Shown here: positions 38,201 through 51,699 of the stretch, piece after piece
Layout of the letters: each line of letters opens with the position of its first letter
Numbering within the stretch: position 1 is the first letter of the stretch
Assembly (NCBI GenBank): GCA_002633005.1
Contig: NMRA01000194.1
Location: forward strand, 313,074 to 377,073
DNA from: Phoronis australis
Lineage: Eukaryota > Animalia > Phoronida
Length of the DNA: 64,000 nt
Direction of reading: 5' to 3'
Notes under the pieces: generated by a model
Database searches by the model: none
What the model saw: only the letters and a program-made list of their open reading frames with translations
What the model was told of the DNA's origin: nothing
Made by a program: the position numbers and the translations under genes

Positions 38201-39581
38201 ATTATCAGTTTCATTTCATCCACAAAAAGATTTCACAAGTCAGAGTTTTCACTGTGGTTAAAAACGTAAGCGAACCCAGATGTGTTAGGTCACCTCAGTT
38301 GCATGAAGACGCGCCAGTGTATCACTGAGTTAACATCGGGCGTTTCAAAGGCTGTGGATGAGAAAGGTTTTAATTGTAAAAAAAAACGGTTGGGTGAATT
38401 TGATGTTGGTAGCATTTGAAATTGCATTTGCTTTCTAGACAACGCCCTTATATATACAATATGTTAGTTAATCGTGTCTTCAGCCGCGCAGCACTGTACT
38501 AGTCGACGCATTCCCATCGTTTGCAGTAGGCTTAAACAATCATGTAGAACGACAGCGCTTCTTCAACAATTCAGACGACTACCAGGACGACAAATGGGGA
38601 TCACGAGTAGATGAGAAACTACTCGTTTTATTATCATGATTGTCTTTGTTATCTATTTTGGGTAATTGTTCAATCGAAGTTTTCATGTTGAAACTGAGCT
38701 TTCAGTTAATATGGAAATAAATGTGTCAGAGTTAACTTGCGTTTCGGTTTGCAACCAGCAGACAATGCATGGATACGTTTAACAAACATAAACATATGCT
38801 ATGTTCTTGTCATTGTTCGTCACTTTCTTCACTGAACTCGTTCCCACATCCATTACTGTTACGTTTAATGCAAAATTCGTTAAAATTGAGAAAGCGCATG
38901 TTTTGATGGTCGGGAACCCTCTTTGTGCGCCGAATACGCAAGTCCAGCTTTTTATTGGGAAACCATGCGTTGACAGCGCAAACTCGACATTTTTTATTGA
39001 GAAAACGCATTTTTACAAAAGAGAATCGGTTGTCTGTAACGTTTCATGTGCGTCAACAACGCAAACCAGACCCACTCATTGAAAAGCCCATATTTGTCAC
39101 CAGGAAGACTCTTCACAACGCAGCCCGGCCGATATTTCAAGTGAGATAGCGCAGTTTTGAAAAGATTCCGTCTCTTGCCGAGAACGGTTTTTGAGCATCG
39201 GCAATGCAAGCCGAATATTTCATATTGAGAAAGCACATCTTTGAAAAGAAGAACCAACACTTGTTGGGAACGGTCTTTGTGCGTCGACGACGCACATTTC
39301 TTATTGGGAAAGCCAGATTTTCAAAAATTAATCGCTCAGACCATTTGAGTCTCATTTACCTGCAATTATACTGCTATCAAATGACCGAGCCAGCATTGTT
39401 GATACTACGACCGCTCATCGAAATAATGTACACCCACGAAATTCGGACACTAGCGGAAACCCAAATTTGGAGGTCCGCCAAATTCGGACACCACAAAATG
39501 ATATTTCGCGAGATTCGTCCAAGAATGATTTTTTTCTCTTGGAATTAATTTTCAGTGTCCGAAAATCACGCGACTTTACCG
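35263..39581 (-). mobile_element. 4.3-kb non-autonomous TA-flanked Tc1/mariner-type element, copy 2 (inverted relative to copy 1)
   Basis: TA TSD at 35261-2 and 39582-3, same TIR. ORF-track translations are mirrored, and many are identical to copy 1. Confidence 0.95.
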
Positions 39582-40358
39582 TAGGACCTAGCCAAAAGCT
39601 AGTCAAGGTCACGTGCTCTTATTTAAAATACACGGCAATATCTCGCGTAATCTCGCAAAGTCTTGCTTTTAAGCTAGGTCCTAGCGTTACTGAACGGGAG
39701 GCAGGGCTCCTGCTTCATGAAAGTTTAAGTCTAGACACTTTCCATTGTTGGCATGATGTCATCAGCACTATTCAACAAGTTATGTAATTATTGAAGAGTC
39801 AAGAGGGTAGGCTAGCCTATTACAATGATCTATAGGTCAACAAGTACTTCAACCAATATTGGTTCCTAGGTTTGAGCTAATGTGATCCCAGCATGTTTTC
39901 ATGATGAAATTTTAGGTTTGTTAGGTAGGCCTACTTTTGAGTGAAATATAGTTTAATGAAATGAAAAGTTCCAAGATTATGGAATCGTAAATTAATAATC
40001 TTGTGTTAAAATAATTCATACACTACTGGTAACGTGAGATAATTTATACGCCTAAACATGCAGAGTTACCCCACTGATGTTACAGAGACTGCTTTCCAAA
40101 ACTTGGTGGTGGTACTGTTTACTTTGATATATTAATGTTTTCCCCTTGTTTCCAACTTGTTTGATTCTATAGCCTAATAAGTTGGGAAGATGACCCCTGT
40201 AGCCAATATCTTACATGAGTAATATAACTCCATTCTGGCATTTATGGTTGGAGGGCCAGCTCTCTTTTGTTCGATAATTGCTCTAATCTCCAATAAGATG
40301 GTATCTAGCCTGACTGGGCTGTGCTGCTAAAAATAAAAGTTAAATAACATATTTGAAC

Positions 40359-41480
40359 ACTAGAAAGATTATTGTCACAGCCTTACAATAACAGACTCTG
40401 CTGCATGCCTATTACTAGAATTATTATGGGAAGTTACTGACAGCAACCCGTTTACCAATATGAAAAGGAATTCTTTAAAATTGAAGGAGAAATTACATAT
40501 TAATTTTTTGATGACCTTTCCACTAATTGACCTCTTCCGGTGCATTATGAGCCCCGATGAGGGAGTAATTGTTAACTCGATTAAAAGTGTGGTTAATGCT
40601 AATAATCACAGATGTTTTACTTTAAGCACTTCAGAATACAAGATGAATGAATTGGACAAACTTTCAGAAGAAAAATGAACCTAATGACCCCATGGGTGCA
40701 CCAAGTGACCTGAAAATTTAGAATTCAAACTCTATCGCTCTTAGTAAACAGATACGTAATTCTGAAGTCTCTAGCTCAAAATTTTAGTTTGCACTCAATG
40801 ACCTTTGACCTATTTTTTCTGATTGGTTAGACCTATTGCGAAGTAAAGTAGGGTATTCAATTGACATGTTGACTTACACCAGTGTGCTGGAATTCCTTGA
40901 AAATGTGTTTAAAGCTGAGAATCACAGTTGTCTAACGGCTAACACATCAGAATACTTGCTGATTGAAAAGGTCAAATTTTCAGAAGAAAATGCACCTAAT
41001 GACCCCATGTTTGCACTAAATGACCTGAAACTTTGGATTCCGATTTGATTTACCTGTGGCAATCAGACCTGTCAATTTGAAGGGTCTAGCTCAAAATTTT
41101 AGTTTGCACCTAATGACCTTTGACCATTTCACCTGATTGGATGACCCGATTACTTAGAAAAGTAATTTTTTAAATTGTCATGTTGACTGATACCTGTGCA
41201 TCTAATTTGAAAAAGATAGCTTTAAAACTGAAGGAGGAGTAGCATTTTGAAAATTATATGACCTTTGCACCAAACGACCTCTTCCGGTGCAATATGGAAT
41301 ATGATTATATAACCAATCAAAATTTATATACTGTCAAAAGTCATATGCTGAATTTAAAGACCGTACCTGCACCCAATTTGGAGTTATTAAGCCTCAAAGT
41401 TGGTCGGAAGAAGAATAAGAATAAAATTGAAGAAAACCCAGGAACAACAATACTCTGCGCTTACACGCGCAGAGTATTAA
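40359..41480 (-). mobile_element. HINE family C (Helentron/Helitron-type non-autonomous element)
   Basis: Minus-strand head hairpin AATACTCTGCGC-gtgtaa-GCGCAGAGTATT with TTATTC/TTC repeats. Internal ~316-bp duplication (CCTAATGACCCCATG at 40680 and 40996). 3' GCAGAGT subTIR, TTATTGT..ACAATAA hairpin and CTAGT end. Confidence 0.75.
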
Positions 41481-43059
41481 ACCAATAGCATTTTTGAAAT
41501 CCTTGTCAAATGGTGATCATGTTTAGTTTTTGAATGGCCAAAATTGACCAACTGCAACCGAAGTTACAACAATCTTATTTTTTCCAAAGGTATCATTTCG
41601 CTCTGGGTTTGAATGTGTTCTTAGGTGGTCTGTAATAAGCATGATAGATAATTGGCGTGCCTGTTGTCATACCAGACAAAAGACTGTACTTGGAAGTTAA
41701 CAAAGATGCTAGATGTTATCACACCCTCACAATTTTTGTTGATGTACTAGAAATAAAGCTGATATTTACTTCATGTTTAGAAAATGTGACATACCTGTTT
41801 GTTTGTAGCGTTATTTTAATCATTTTTGCGAACTTGTGGAGCACGACAGACGACCAAAACAAATATGGCTGTCACGTGGGTGGAGCTTAGCATTGATCTA
41901 TTGTCTGCTGTACTGGTGTGCCAACCACACATCATTAAAACCATGTGTTGATTGTTTATGCAACTCATCTGAACTCTCCACTCAGAGTGGTAAAAGACTC
42001 TCTAACTATATTGCACAGACCTATTTGTTAGTATTCCAATATTATCATCAACCAATATATGTGTTATATCAAATCGCCGCGTTACTGTCTACATAATAGT
42101 ATTAGCGACGAGGGTAAAGAACTACTTTCATCGTAATGGTTCAACATTTTCATGTGCCCGTACCGCCAACATTTTGACCGAATGGTCTTTGGGATGAGAA
42201 AATAGCACTTTCAGCACAAATAGCGTCGCTTGGGTGAGATTCTCAAGTTACCAAAGTTTCTTATATTGCTTTCCACTAAAATTGTATAATATCACGAGTT
42301 TTATTTCAGGGATACGTTTGAATCTATGCACGAGAACAATTTTGTTATGTTGAACACTAGGTTATTTCTCTAATCCGTTTGGTTACGGCCGGCGGCAAGT
42401 TAAAAAATCCCCTGATGTGGCAGCCTAGTTTCTCCATGGTGCGTTCCTAGCATAGAAGCACGGTTTATCTCCAAGAACTCTACTCTGACGGCATGTAGTT
42501 GTCTCGCGCGCAGCGTGTCTTCATAGCACGTGCATGCACTCTCATCGAATCGTGCAACACCACCCACGTCGATGCTAAGCGTCCTCTCGCAAGCCACCTC
42601 GCCTTTCCGACTTCTCTTGCACACGCACAATTTCTGCACTGACTCCTCAAGCTGAGTGCTTAATTTTGTTGCAGATAGATGGACAAACAGGCTCAGGTTC
42701 GGAACGGGAGCTAGTTCACCATTTCACCACCAACTTTCACATGGTCAAAAATAGAATTATTTTATTTTTGGCCTTGTTACAACATCAATATCAGCTCCGG
42801 TTACGCAATGTTTGTTGACAGGGTTAGATTAGAGCTAGTGTCCTGGTATAAGCTCCGCCCCACTTGTCAGTCACTGAGCTGGTGAGCACTCAAGCCATAT
42901 GACTTACTGAAGCATGGTCGAATATAATTAAAAAAACAACTTTGGATTTTCAGAATGGTTTTATTTTTCTTCAGTATACTGTGCATGAAGAATTGAAGAT
43001 TAGGATGATATAAAAATGTAAAAAACAGTCAAAATTAATTTTTTTGCGTATCCATCTAC

Positions 43060-43590
43060 CTTAGTGCGTGATTGGATTAGTTTGAAAAGTTATTCGAACA
43101 CAACGAAATGTGATACATAATGTAATACATAATGTAATACATAATGTGATACTAATTGACAAGAATCTTTTCAAAGGTCTTTTAAACACATTTTGCTAAT
43201 TTCGAACAGAATGAACTAAACGAGTCGAAAAGCGTAGATAAATATTCATATGCACGTAGGGCCTGAGCCAAAGTACTTTGAAAAACGCCTCAACAAACAA
43301 CAAATTCAAAAGTGTAATGCATGGTTTTGCAGTATTTTTCGTCAGGAATTTGAACACAATATCAAAAGTGACCTCCGAGTAAAAGGTAAGAAGTTGTGTT
43401 TTTACAACTGAAAACAACTAGGCTGAAGTAGTAATTTTTATGACCAGTGTACACAGATCATACTATGGGACTCCTTATGTATGTAAATCTTATGCTGATA
43501 AACCCACTGAAATCTTTTGTGTGATACAGGACACTTCGCTTTGTATAACGCAGTGCTTTCGAGCTTTACCTCACCAAGCTCTGCTGCAAT
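43060..43590 (+). repeat. Dispersed repeat, copy 2 (homologous to 11820-12280)
   Basis: Same blocks as copy 1, plus a local (ATACATAATGTA/G)x3 expansion at ~43108-43151. Confidence 0.8.
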
Positions 43591-44427
43591 ATGGGTTTTA
43601 CTCGCCGTTGTGTGCTAGACTTTCGCTGAAATCGAGGCCAGTGACTCAACCAGTTAAATATGCTTTAAGTAATTCGCAATTTATTAAGTGGGCTTTAGCT
43701 CTGTCAGCAGAGCCGAAGCAGACTGTGACTGCTGGGGTTGCAGGTTCATATCCTCTCCGAGACTTATCTCGGATAATTTTCTTGTCGATAATGTCATTTT
43801 AATGTCAATGTCATAGTTGTGGACGTCATTGTCTACAAATGGTTTCGGTATCACGTTGGTAGACTAGCACGAGGGTTCTCATCTGTAAAGGTGGTGATAG
43901 TCTATTGCCTTCACGGTGAATTTTATTTCATCAGTAGATTTAACCAAGTGTCACATCTCGGAGGGATTTCATTTATTTGTCCGCAAGCTACATTTTTTGT
44001 CCGACCACTGTAAATATATGCAGAATTGGTCTCATTAATCTCTTGAGGCCTATCGTTTTTGGTTGGAATCGAACGGAAGATGGCACTCTGGCGTTCATTT
44101 TATGGGTAGATCTTGCTTCGACTTACCATTTTTGGATATGTTCCAAATTTTCTGGTCAGATGACTGTTCTTTTCTACACTTATTCCTTGCTGCGTTGTTC
44201 TTGGCCTATTATGTTCATGCTGTAGCTTGCATTTTTCAGTTGATCTGCATGGAATTTGTACTTTGTTTTTATCTCGTGAATAGCGTTAGGACCTAGGGAG
44301 GAAATTGGATGCAAGATGGTGCTGTGACGGCTATTTTTTAAATAATCCTGTTCTATGTTTTTTTCACTTTGAATTTACGAATTGTTCATTATGTTGCCAT
44401 TAATTTTATACTGTTATCTGGTTTCAG

Positions 44428-44527
44428 GATGACATCCTGTCTCTGAGTCGGCTCTACATAAAGAAATTAGCTGAAGAAAATGGTGATGTTGTGGATGGCC
44501 CGTATGCTGGTCGCTACACAGGCTTCG
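44428..44527 (+). CDS. MGAT5: MGAT5-like coding exon 2
   Basis: gtttcag| DDILSLSRLYIKKLAEENGDVVDGPYAGRYTGF |gtaagg (phase 1). Matches the recalled MGAT5 stem motif ILDLSKRYIKALAEENRNVVDGPYAG. Confidence 0.95.
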
Positions 44528-44617
44528 GTAAGGAGAAGTTTAGTCAAAATTATTTCAGAAGGGAGTCTTTAATTCTATGCTTCGTATTTTGCACATTAAT
44601 AATTACTAGAATTGTTA

Positions 44618-47600
44618 TTTTTATGTGCCCACATATTTTGGATGCATATCGCTGTCATGTCTGCTATAACTCCCAATCCACTCTCTGGATCTTAACAAGA
44701 TTTAGCAAATGTGTTGTTTTGAAGTTGACGACTGGTGACGACGAGTTTCCGACCATTCAGATAACCACTGTTTCCTCTAGTGGCCTTTTAGTTTGGATGC
44801 GATATGTTCACGCATTATGCTGTCATCTCTGTCCATCCGTCCATATGTCCGGCATTTGCTGCTCTATCTCCAAAATCCCTTGATGTATGTTCATGAAGCT
44901 TCGTAGATATATTCATTTCATGGATGGGACCCCACGAGCGAATTTTCGGACAGATTTAACTACCGGTGTCTCCAAGTGGAAATTTTAGTTTTTTACGTTT
45001 GCCTCTGTATCTCCGTTGTTCTTTATCGGATTTTCATGAAATTTGGCAAATAGGTGTCTGTTACGGAGGTGACGCCACCCTCAGGTTTTCAAATGGATTT
45101 GACATATTTTACACCACTTAGTGGCCATTTGTACTGTTTTTGAGTCTGTTTTTGCAGTCTATCCCTTTATAGGCCAAACCACTGTAAGGGTGATTATGAA
45201 AATTGACTGATATGTTCCTACTGGGAAGATGACGGCTGACGATGATTTTCGGATGGCGATGACGATTTCTGGACGGCTCTCACTACAGTGGCTTCTCCTA
45301 GTGTTAGTTTTGTGGTTTTGCCATTGCTGTATCTCCTAAACCCTTAGCAGGCTCTTCGTTAAATTTGCCAAGGTATTTATATAAAGGTGACAACAGGTGA
45401 CCACGACATTTTGGACAAATCCAGCAACTGCTGTGCCCCCTAATGACAATTTTATTTTTTCCGTTTTCCTCTGTATCTTTGGAGTTCCTGGACAGATTTT
45501 TAGGAAATTTGGTAAATAGCTTTCTATTGATGAGGTGATGACATCAGATGGATTTGACATAGTGCATGCCACCTGGTGGCTGTTTTTATTATTTTTGAGT
45601 CTGTTTTTGGCATCCGCATCTTAGTCCGCCAAACCACTCTTAGGATGGTTGTGAAAATTGACATGCATCTTTTTTCTTGGAAGAGGGCATGTAACGGTGA
45701 TTTTTAGATGGCGCGGACTATTGTGACACCTCCTAGTGGTAGTTTTGTTTTCGTTAAGTCCATAGCTGTATCTCCTAAACCCTCTGCAGGATTTTTAAGT
45801 TTGGAAAGTGTATTTGTATGGACGACGAAGTTCGGATGGATCCGACTGCTGCTGTACCCCCTTGTGACAATTTTATTTTTCTTTGTTTTCCTCTGTATCC
45901 TTACAGTTCCGTGGTGGATTTTTATGAACTTTGGCAAATAGGTTTCTATTAATGAGGCGATGACACCTTTTCGTTTTTAAATAGCCTTGACGTAGTGTAC
46001 ACCTTCTAGTGGTCCCTTTTTATTATGCGCCCACATATTTATATCTGGACGCATTATGCCGTCATCTCCGTCCATCCGTCCGTACGGGCGGCGTCCGTCT
46101 GGCGTCCTCTACTCTATCTCCAAAACCCTTTGGCGTATGTTCATGAAATTTGGCACATATGTTCCATTCATGAATGGGACGGCGTGTGCGAACTTTCGGA
46201 CGGATCCGACTAGGGGTGTGCCCCCTAGTGGCAATTTTAGTTTTTTGCGCTTACCTTTGTATCTTCAAAAGTCCTGAACGGATTTTCATGAAATTTGGTA
46301 TGTAAGCACCTATTAGTGAGATGACGCGATCCTCCCGTTTTCAGATGGATTCGACATAGTTTGCGCCACCTAGTGGCCATTTTTAGTGTTTTCGAGTCTG
46401 TTTTTGTGCGTCCACCCCTCTATCAACCAAACCGCTCGAAGGATGATTGTGAAAATTGGCATGTATATGCTTACTATGTAGAGGACGGTTGGCGATGATT
46501 TTCAGACGATTTGCTCTACTGTGGCGCCTCCTAGTGGCAGTTTTGTTTTTTTTGCGCCTATGGCTTTATCTCCTAAACCGTTCGCAGGATCTTTACGAAA
46601 TTTAATAAGTATATTTATATTATGTTAACAACAGAGGATGACGACTTTTGGACGGATCCGCCTACCAGTGTGCCCCCTAGTGGCAATTTTATTTTTTTAC
46701 GTTTACCTCTATATCTTCATGAAATTTGGTATGTAGGCACCTATTAGTGCGATGACGCTATCCTTCCGTTGTCGGATGGATTCGACCTAGTTTGCGACAC
46801 GCAGTGGCCATTTTTACTGTTTTTGAGTCTGTTTTTTGGCGTCCACCCCTCTATCAGCCAAATCGCTATAAGTATGATTGTTCAAATTGGCGTGTATGTT
46901 CTTACTATGAAGAGGACGGTTGACGCTGAATTTCCCATGACTTTGATTACTGTGGCGCCTCCAAATGGCAGTTTTTTCTTTGCGCCCATGGCTGTATCTC
47001 CCAAACCGTTAGCAAGTGTATTTATGTGATGTTGACAACGGACGATGACGACTTTAGGATGATTCTGACTACCGGTATGCCTCTAGTGGCAATTTAAGTA
47101 TTTCACATTGACCTCTGTATTTTCATAGGTCTTCAGGTGTTTACTTTGTGTTACTTTGTGACTATGAAGGAAAAGTTCGAAGTAGAAATTTGTTTCTGGC
47201 ATTCTAATGCTGTGCTAATCTCGTATGTTGGTAAATTTGTTTTTAATTCTATGTTTCTGTGGTGCTTTAAGCAACTGATGCGTAGGATGTGCTTGTATTA
47301 TGAAGATCACTCACATTTTGCCCCTAGCCTATTGAGGAGACAATGACCATGCCTTTCCGTTTTGCAAAGTACAACATACTACATATATGCCCTCTACTGG
47401 CCACTTTATGGTACCAATAAACAACCCTAGAAGGATACCGTATGCGGTGCAATTGTGGGCGCATTTCAACGCTCTGCGTTGCTCGTTGTTGTGTTTTAGT
47501 CTGTTTTTGGCATCCATCTCTCTATTGGTCAAAGCAGTCTAAGAATCATTATGAAAATTGGTAGATGTATTCCTAGCGGGAAAATCATTTTTGGACAGTT

Positions 47601-47947
47601 TGACTGCTGTGGCACCCCCTAGTGGCAATTTGCTTGTTTCTCCGCAAGTGTTCCCCCTGCTGGACTTTGTGAAATTTGGCAAATTTATTTCTATGAACGT
47701 CACAACAAATAAAAACGTTTGGACGAATATGACTACCACTGTGCTACTAGTGCCAGGGTTATTTTTTACGGGCTTGGCAAGTGTGTTCCTATTGAGGAGA
47801 GCATTACTGACTTGCTCTGCGCCCCCTAGAGGCTAATTTAAGTTTACTAACATTGTGAGAATGTTTAAAATAGTAATCATCCCTTGTTTCTGCGCTATAT
47901 GCAATGCACATGGTGGGCTCATATCAGCGCTCTGCATTGCTCTTGTT
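44618..47947 (+). mobile_element. Nested HINE family A cluster (older host copies)
   Basis: Heads at ~44621 and ~44800, diverged monomers, outer tail GGTGGGCTCATATCAGCGCTCTGCATTGCTCTTGTT ending at 47947. Confidence 0.8.
46021..47487 (+). mobile_element. Young HINE family A copy inserted into an older family A monomer
   Basis: Complete head and tail, highly similar to 8167-10167 but with one fewer 452-bp unit (GGATCC at 46202 and 46654). The host monomer resumes at 47488. Confidence 0.85.
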
Positions 47948-48210
47948 ATGTTAGCCTCTGTGTTTTTAGACATTAGCATTTCAATTTAAACCAACACCTG
48001 CGCTTTAAGGTTATTTCTAACCTTATGACTGGTAAGTGACCTCCATTCTAACTCATATATCAAAAAAGCATGCTGTGTCACCAAGTAAAGTATGTTATTT
48101 TGTAAAAGAAAAAAGTTCTGGGATTAGAAAAATGTTGTATTTTTATCGGTTAGATGCCGGCTTTAGATGCAGTAAATGTAATTGACCAGGCACCAGGACC
48201 GTATGAGCCC

Positions 48211-48670
48211 ATGCTAATTCAGTGTTTGCTAGCACTAAGAGAGCTGTTATGAAACAATAACTCGATTTTGTATGCTATGGTCAGATTTTTGGTTTACATA
48301 TATATTATTTGAATCATTATTGCTGTGCAACTTTTGCCCTGACGGTTCTGTGGCTTCGCGACCCCCGACGAGTGAGTAGATTTGCAGTTTCGCGGCTAAT
48401 TCACCAAAATAATCACGTGCACATTATTTCTTTGGCTGATTAGTATAGTCTTTTCGTGACTGGAAGTTTAGTTTCCAACTTTGGCTGGTTTATGTTCTTG
48501 ATGTCTTCAGTACGGCCGCGACGGGCCTGATCAGGTTCCAAACCATTGGTTGGGTTAACAAGCATTTTGTGTGTGTAGCACTGAAAAAATCACAAGTCTT
48601 TAAATTACAACACACAGCTATGTTCTCCTGTCTGCATTTCACGGAAGAATAATTTGAATTTACCACTGAA
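48211..48670 (+). repeat. Dispersed repeat, copy 2 (homologous to 3569-4047)
   Basis: Same colinear blocks, e.g. CTGTGCAACTTTTGCCCTGACGGTT and AAATTACAACACACAGCTATGTT. Confidence 0.8.
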
Positions 48671-51495
48671 GAGATTCCAAAGAATGGAAGTCTGTGGATC
48701 AATCCTACATTATTGTCTTCGTTTTTCATGGCATCGTTCTATGCTATGAACTCCTCGTTCACTCAATATTATGACAACCCTGCCTGACTGGAGATTCAAT
48801 TTGAGTGATACCTCTGAAACTTTTTTGTGAACAAGGATTAAGATAATGTCGATTTCTGTAAGAGCCCTTGAGCGAGTGTTTTTTCGGAAGAACCGTTGAT
48901 GGAAATAAATTTGTTCTTTCAGAATCAAGTTACTTTTTGAATGTTAGGCATAACTGCACACCATATGCAAGGTGTGGGAATAATATTTTATTCATGGTGA
49001 AAGCGTTTTGTCACTCCATCAACACATAAAATGCGATTGGCATGAACGATGGTGGTTTTAAATCAACATTTTATCACCACAAACACAAACGCTACCGTTC
49101 AGTTGAAAAGACATTCACATAAAGCCCTTGAAAATAAAAAATAATGCCATTTAGTCCAAAATTGGTAAGATTTTGCTGTGTCTGGTTTACAGCGTCGGAA
49201 ATTCATGTTCATGTCCCCAAAGGAGCAGATTGTTGTGTGAATCCTATCGTGCTGGTTAAGGTTCTGTAGGCACTTATCCACATGTCACTGCATTCAGCCA
49301 ACTGTCTACAAAGCTATAGATTTTTAACCTGGCAAAAGTATTTATTTTCTGAAAGTTGAAAGTCCGTATAATATAGTTTTCGACTTGTTACCAGTCTTCC
49401 ATCAATTGGGGCATGTGACCAGTGCTCGCGTTCTAATCTCTGTACTCGAAATCAAACACGAAATTTTTTTTGACATTTTCCGTTTTACCTTTTGCAAACT
49501 CAAGACGAGTGTATTATTCTGTCTTCGAGTCATTAGAGCGTTCCCGTTGACCCCAGCTTGTTCAATCGGACAGCATATTGTTTTTAAGTTTGCTATTTTC
49601 CCAGGCAAGTGAATTGCTTGACCTTGAACACACTTTTAGCCCAGTCGAATAGACCGCGTTGTTATTCAGTTGTTCTTGAATGAATCTCACTTCCCACATA
49701 GCAGCAAACTGGCATGGCATTGTATCATTCGGCTACAGACTGTAACAGCTGCAGATGTTGATGATTTTTCACCTATGGCTTTTGTTAGGATTTTCCTGTA
49801 AGTACTGATGAACTTTCTTGTAGATAACGTATTTTAAGACCCAACTTGTTGAAGTCGATGAAACTAGGTCTTAAAATGATACGTTCAAGTGTGCACATTC
49901 GTAATTTAGAGTGTTAGCATCATGTGATCTTGCAACATTCTTGTCATGGACTTTGATGATATTTTTCGCTATACTGTACGTCAATCAATCAATTTATTTC
50001 TGTAATAAAGTCCATAGGCCCACTGTACAAAAGAAAGAACAACTTGTAACATACGGAGAGAACAGCATGCTATCACAGGGATGAAAAGCATAAAATACAT
50101 ATTACTTACTATTAGATAAACTAATTTAGCATTTTCACGTGTTGACATTGATCTATTGAACTTAAACATTCCTGTAGTACAGTGCAACGTAATTATCTCA
50201 GTTCAGAATATTCATCGTAGCTTAGAAGGAAATGGGTACTGGTCTTCCACAACATTCCGGCAGAAGGAACCTTTCTGTATGTCCTATCTTTATTAACAAT
50301 GTACATTATATTTCTGACCACAACCAGTCATCACCTGTTCATTTTTTCTCTTAATGGTGGTACCCAACCTGCACACAGTAATATAGAAAGAACATGACAA
50401 CATTAGTCCACAAAGCTCTTCAGAACTTTAATTTAATTCCCTTATATATATTACGTAACACCCCTCCACTATATATGTTAGGTAGCACTATATGTTGGTT
50501 AGAGCAGTAGCCTGGCTATGGCCAGTTTTCATTTCCCAGAACTGTTTAGAATGTGGGTTGTTCATGTTTTTCTGGCACGTAAGGTAAATGTATTATGTTT
50601 TGATATGTTTGACTGACTCGNGGGGGAACCTGCTGGACATTTTTCATTGTTTTAAAAATTGCTTTGTAAACTTTCACATCTTTCACATTAGGGAGACCAC
50701 ATTAAGACTTGGTCCACTTTCACATTAGGGAGACCACGTCACATACATTCTTTTAATTCCGTCTTATTTTTTCCTACGTTTGAAGACTTTCTTCAAGATA
50801 ACTCATGAGCAGTTAATAAGGTCACACTGTATTGTAATCAAATAGCTAAACCTGTGTCCACAAAGGAGGGAAACCCCCTTTTATGCAACAATTAACCTAT
50901 CGCAAGCCCTGCCTGTGAAAAGTGGACAAACAAACAATAAGTTTTACCTGACGTGTTGTTTGTTGGGTAAAATGCCAGCTTGGAAACGAAGGTGTGTCAA
51001 GAATGCTGTATTCTGATTGGTCATTTATGCTGACAGTCAAAATCCTGGCTAGTGGTCAATTTTCAGCTTTGGGTTTTAAATATGGTACTTGGAAGAACTT
51101 TTGAAAAGCTTCTGTAACTATAACTTTTGTTTATGTTTCAAGTTAATAACTATATCTTTCTTGGTCTATTGGATGACTTGGTCAGTTACAATCAATGCAA
51201 ATAGTGAACGTGTCAGTGATCTATAAACAGACCATCTCCAGCATTGCTAAATACACTGTCACTGACGCTGAGGGACATATATATATGGTTTAACATGACT
51301 GAAAGTTGTACTAAAATTGCATTTCTGGCATTTCTGAACAGCTTTGTTGTGAACTTTTGTTGGTGGCTGAAATAAGGACTCTAGGGCCTTTCCCATACAA
51401 TTAACTTCGCTACCTCCCAAGCTTCGTTGTTAACTGTGGTTAACTGCGAAGTTAAGCGTTACTGTTCCTGTGACCACTGTTTTTTCTTTTACTAG

Positions 51496-51699
51496 ATCTG
51501 AAGCAGACCCTGGCTGTACTGCTGGACAGTATCCTGTCGAGAGTGGACAGGCTGGAAAATAGGGTGGACAATCTGACCAGTAACTACACCAACCTACGTC
51601 AGGTGTTGAGGAGATCGCCTCGGGCCCAGTCCTCACCTGACATGGAGAGTTTGCACTCCCAGAAAAAGATATACGACGGCAGTGAAATTGACGCTCAAA
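51496..51699 (+). CDS. MGAT5: MGAT5-like coding exon 3
   Basis: ttttactag| (D)LKQTLAVLLDSILSRVDRLENRVDNLTSNY...EIDAQ |gtaggt (phase 1-1). Matches MGAT5 DLKKTLAVLLDNILQRIGKLESKVDNL. Confidence 0.95.

Noticed and set aside
24631-39583. Inverted duplication as an assembly artefact
   Set aside because: Homology stops exactly at the TIRs, each copy has its own TA and distinct flanks, and the copies differ by many substitutions and indels. Long-read confirmation is still advisable.
50621-50621. Single N base
   Set aside because: Assembly ambiguity or gap, not biology. The length of this intron is therefore uncertain.
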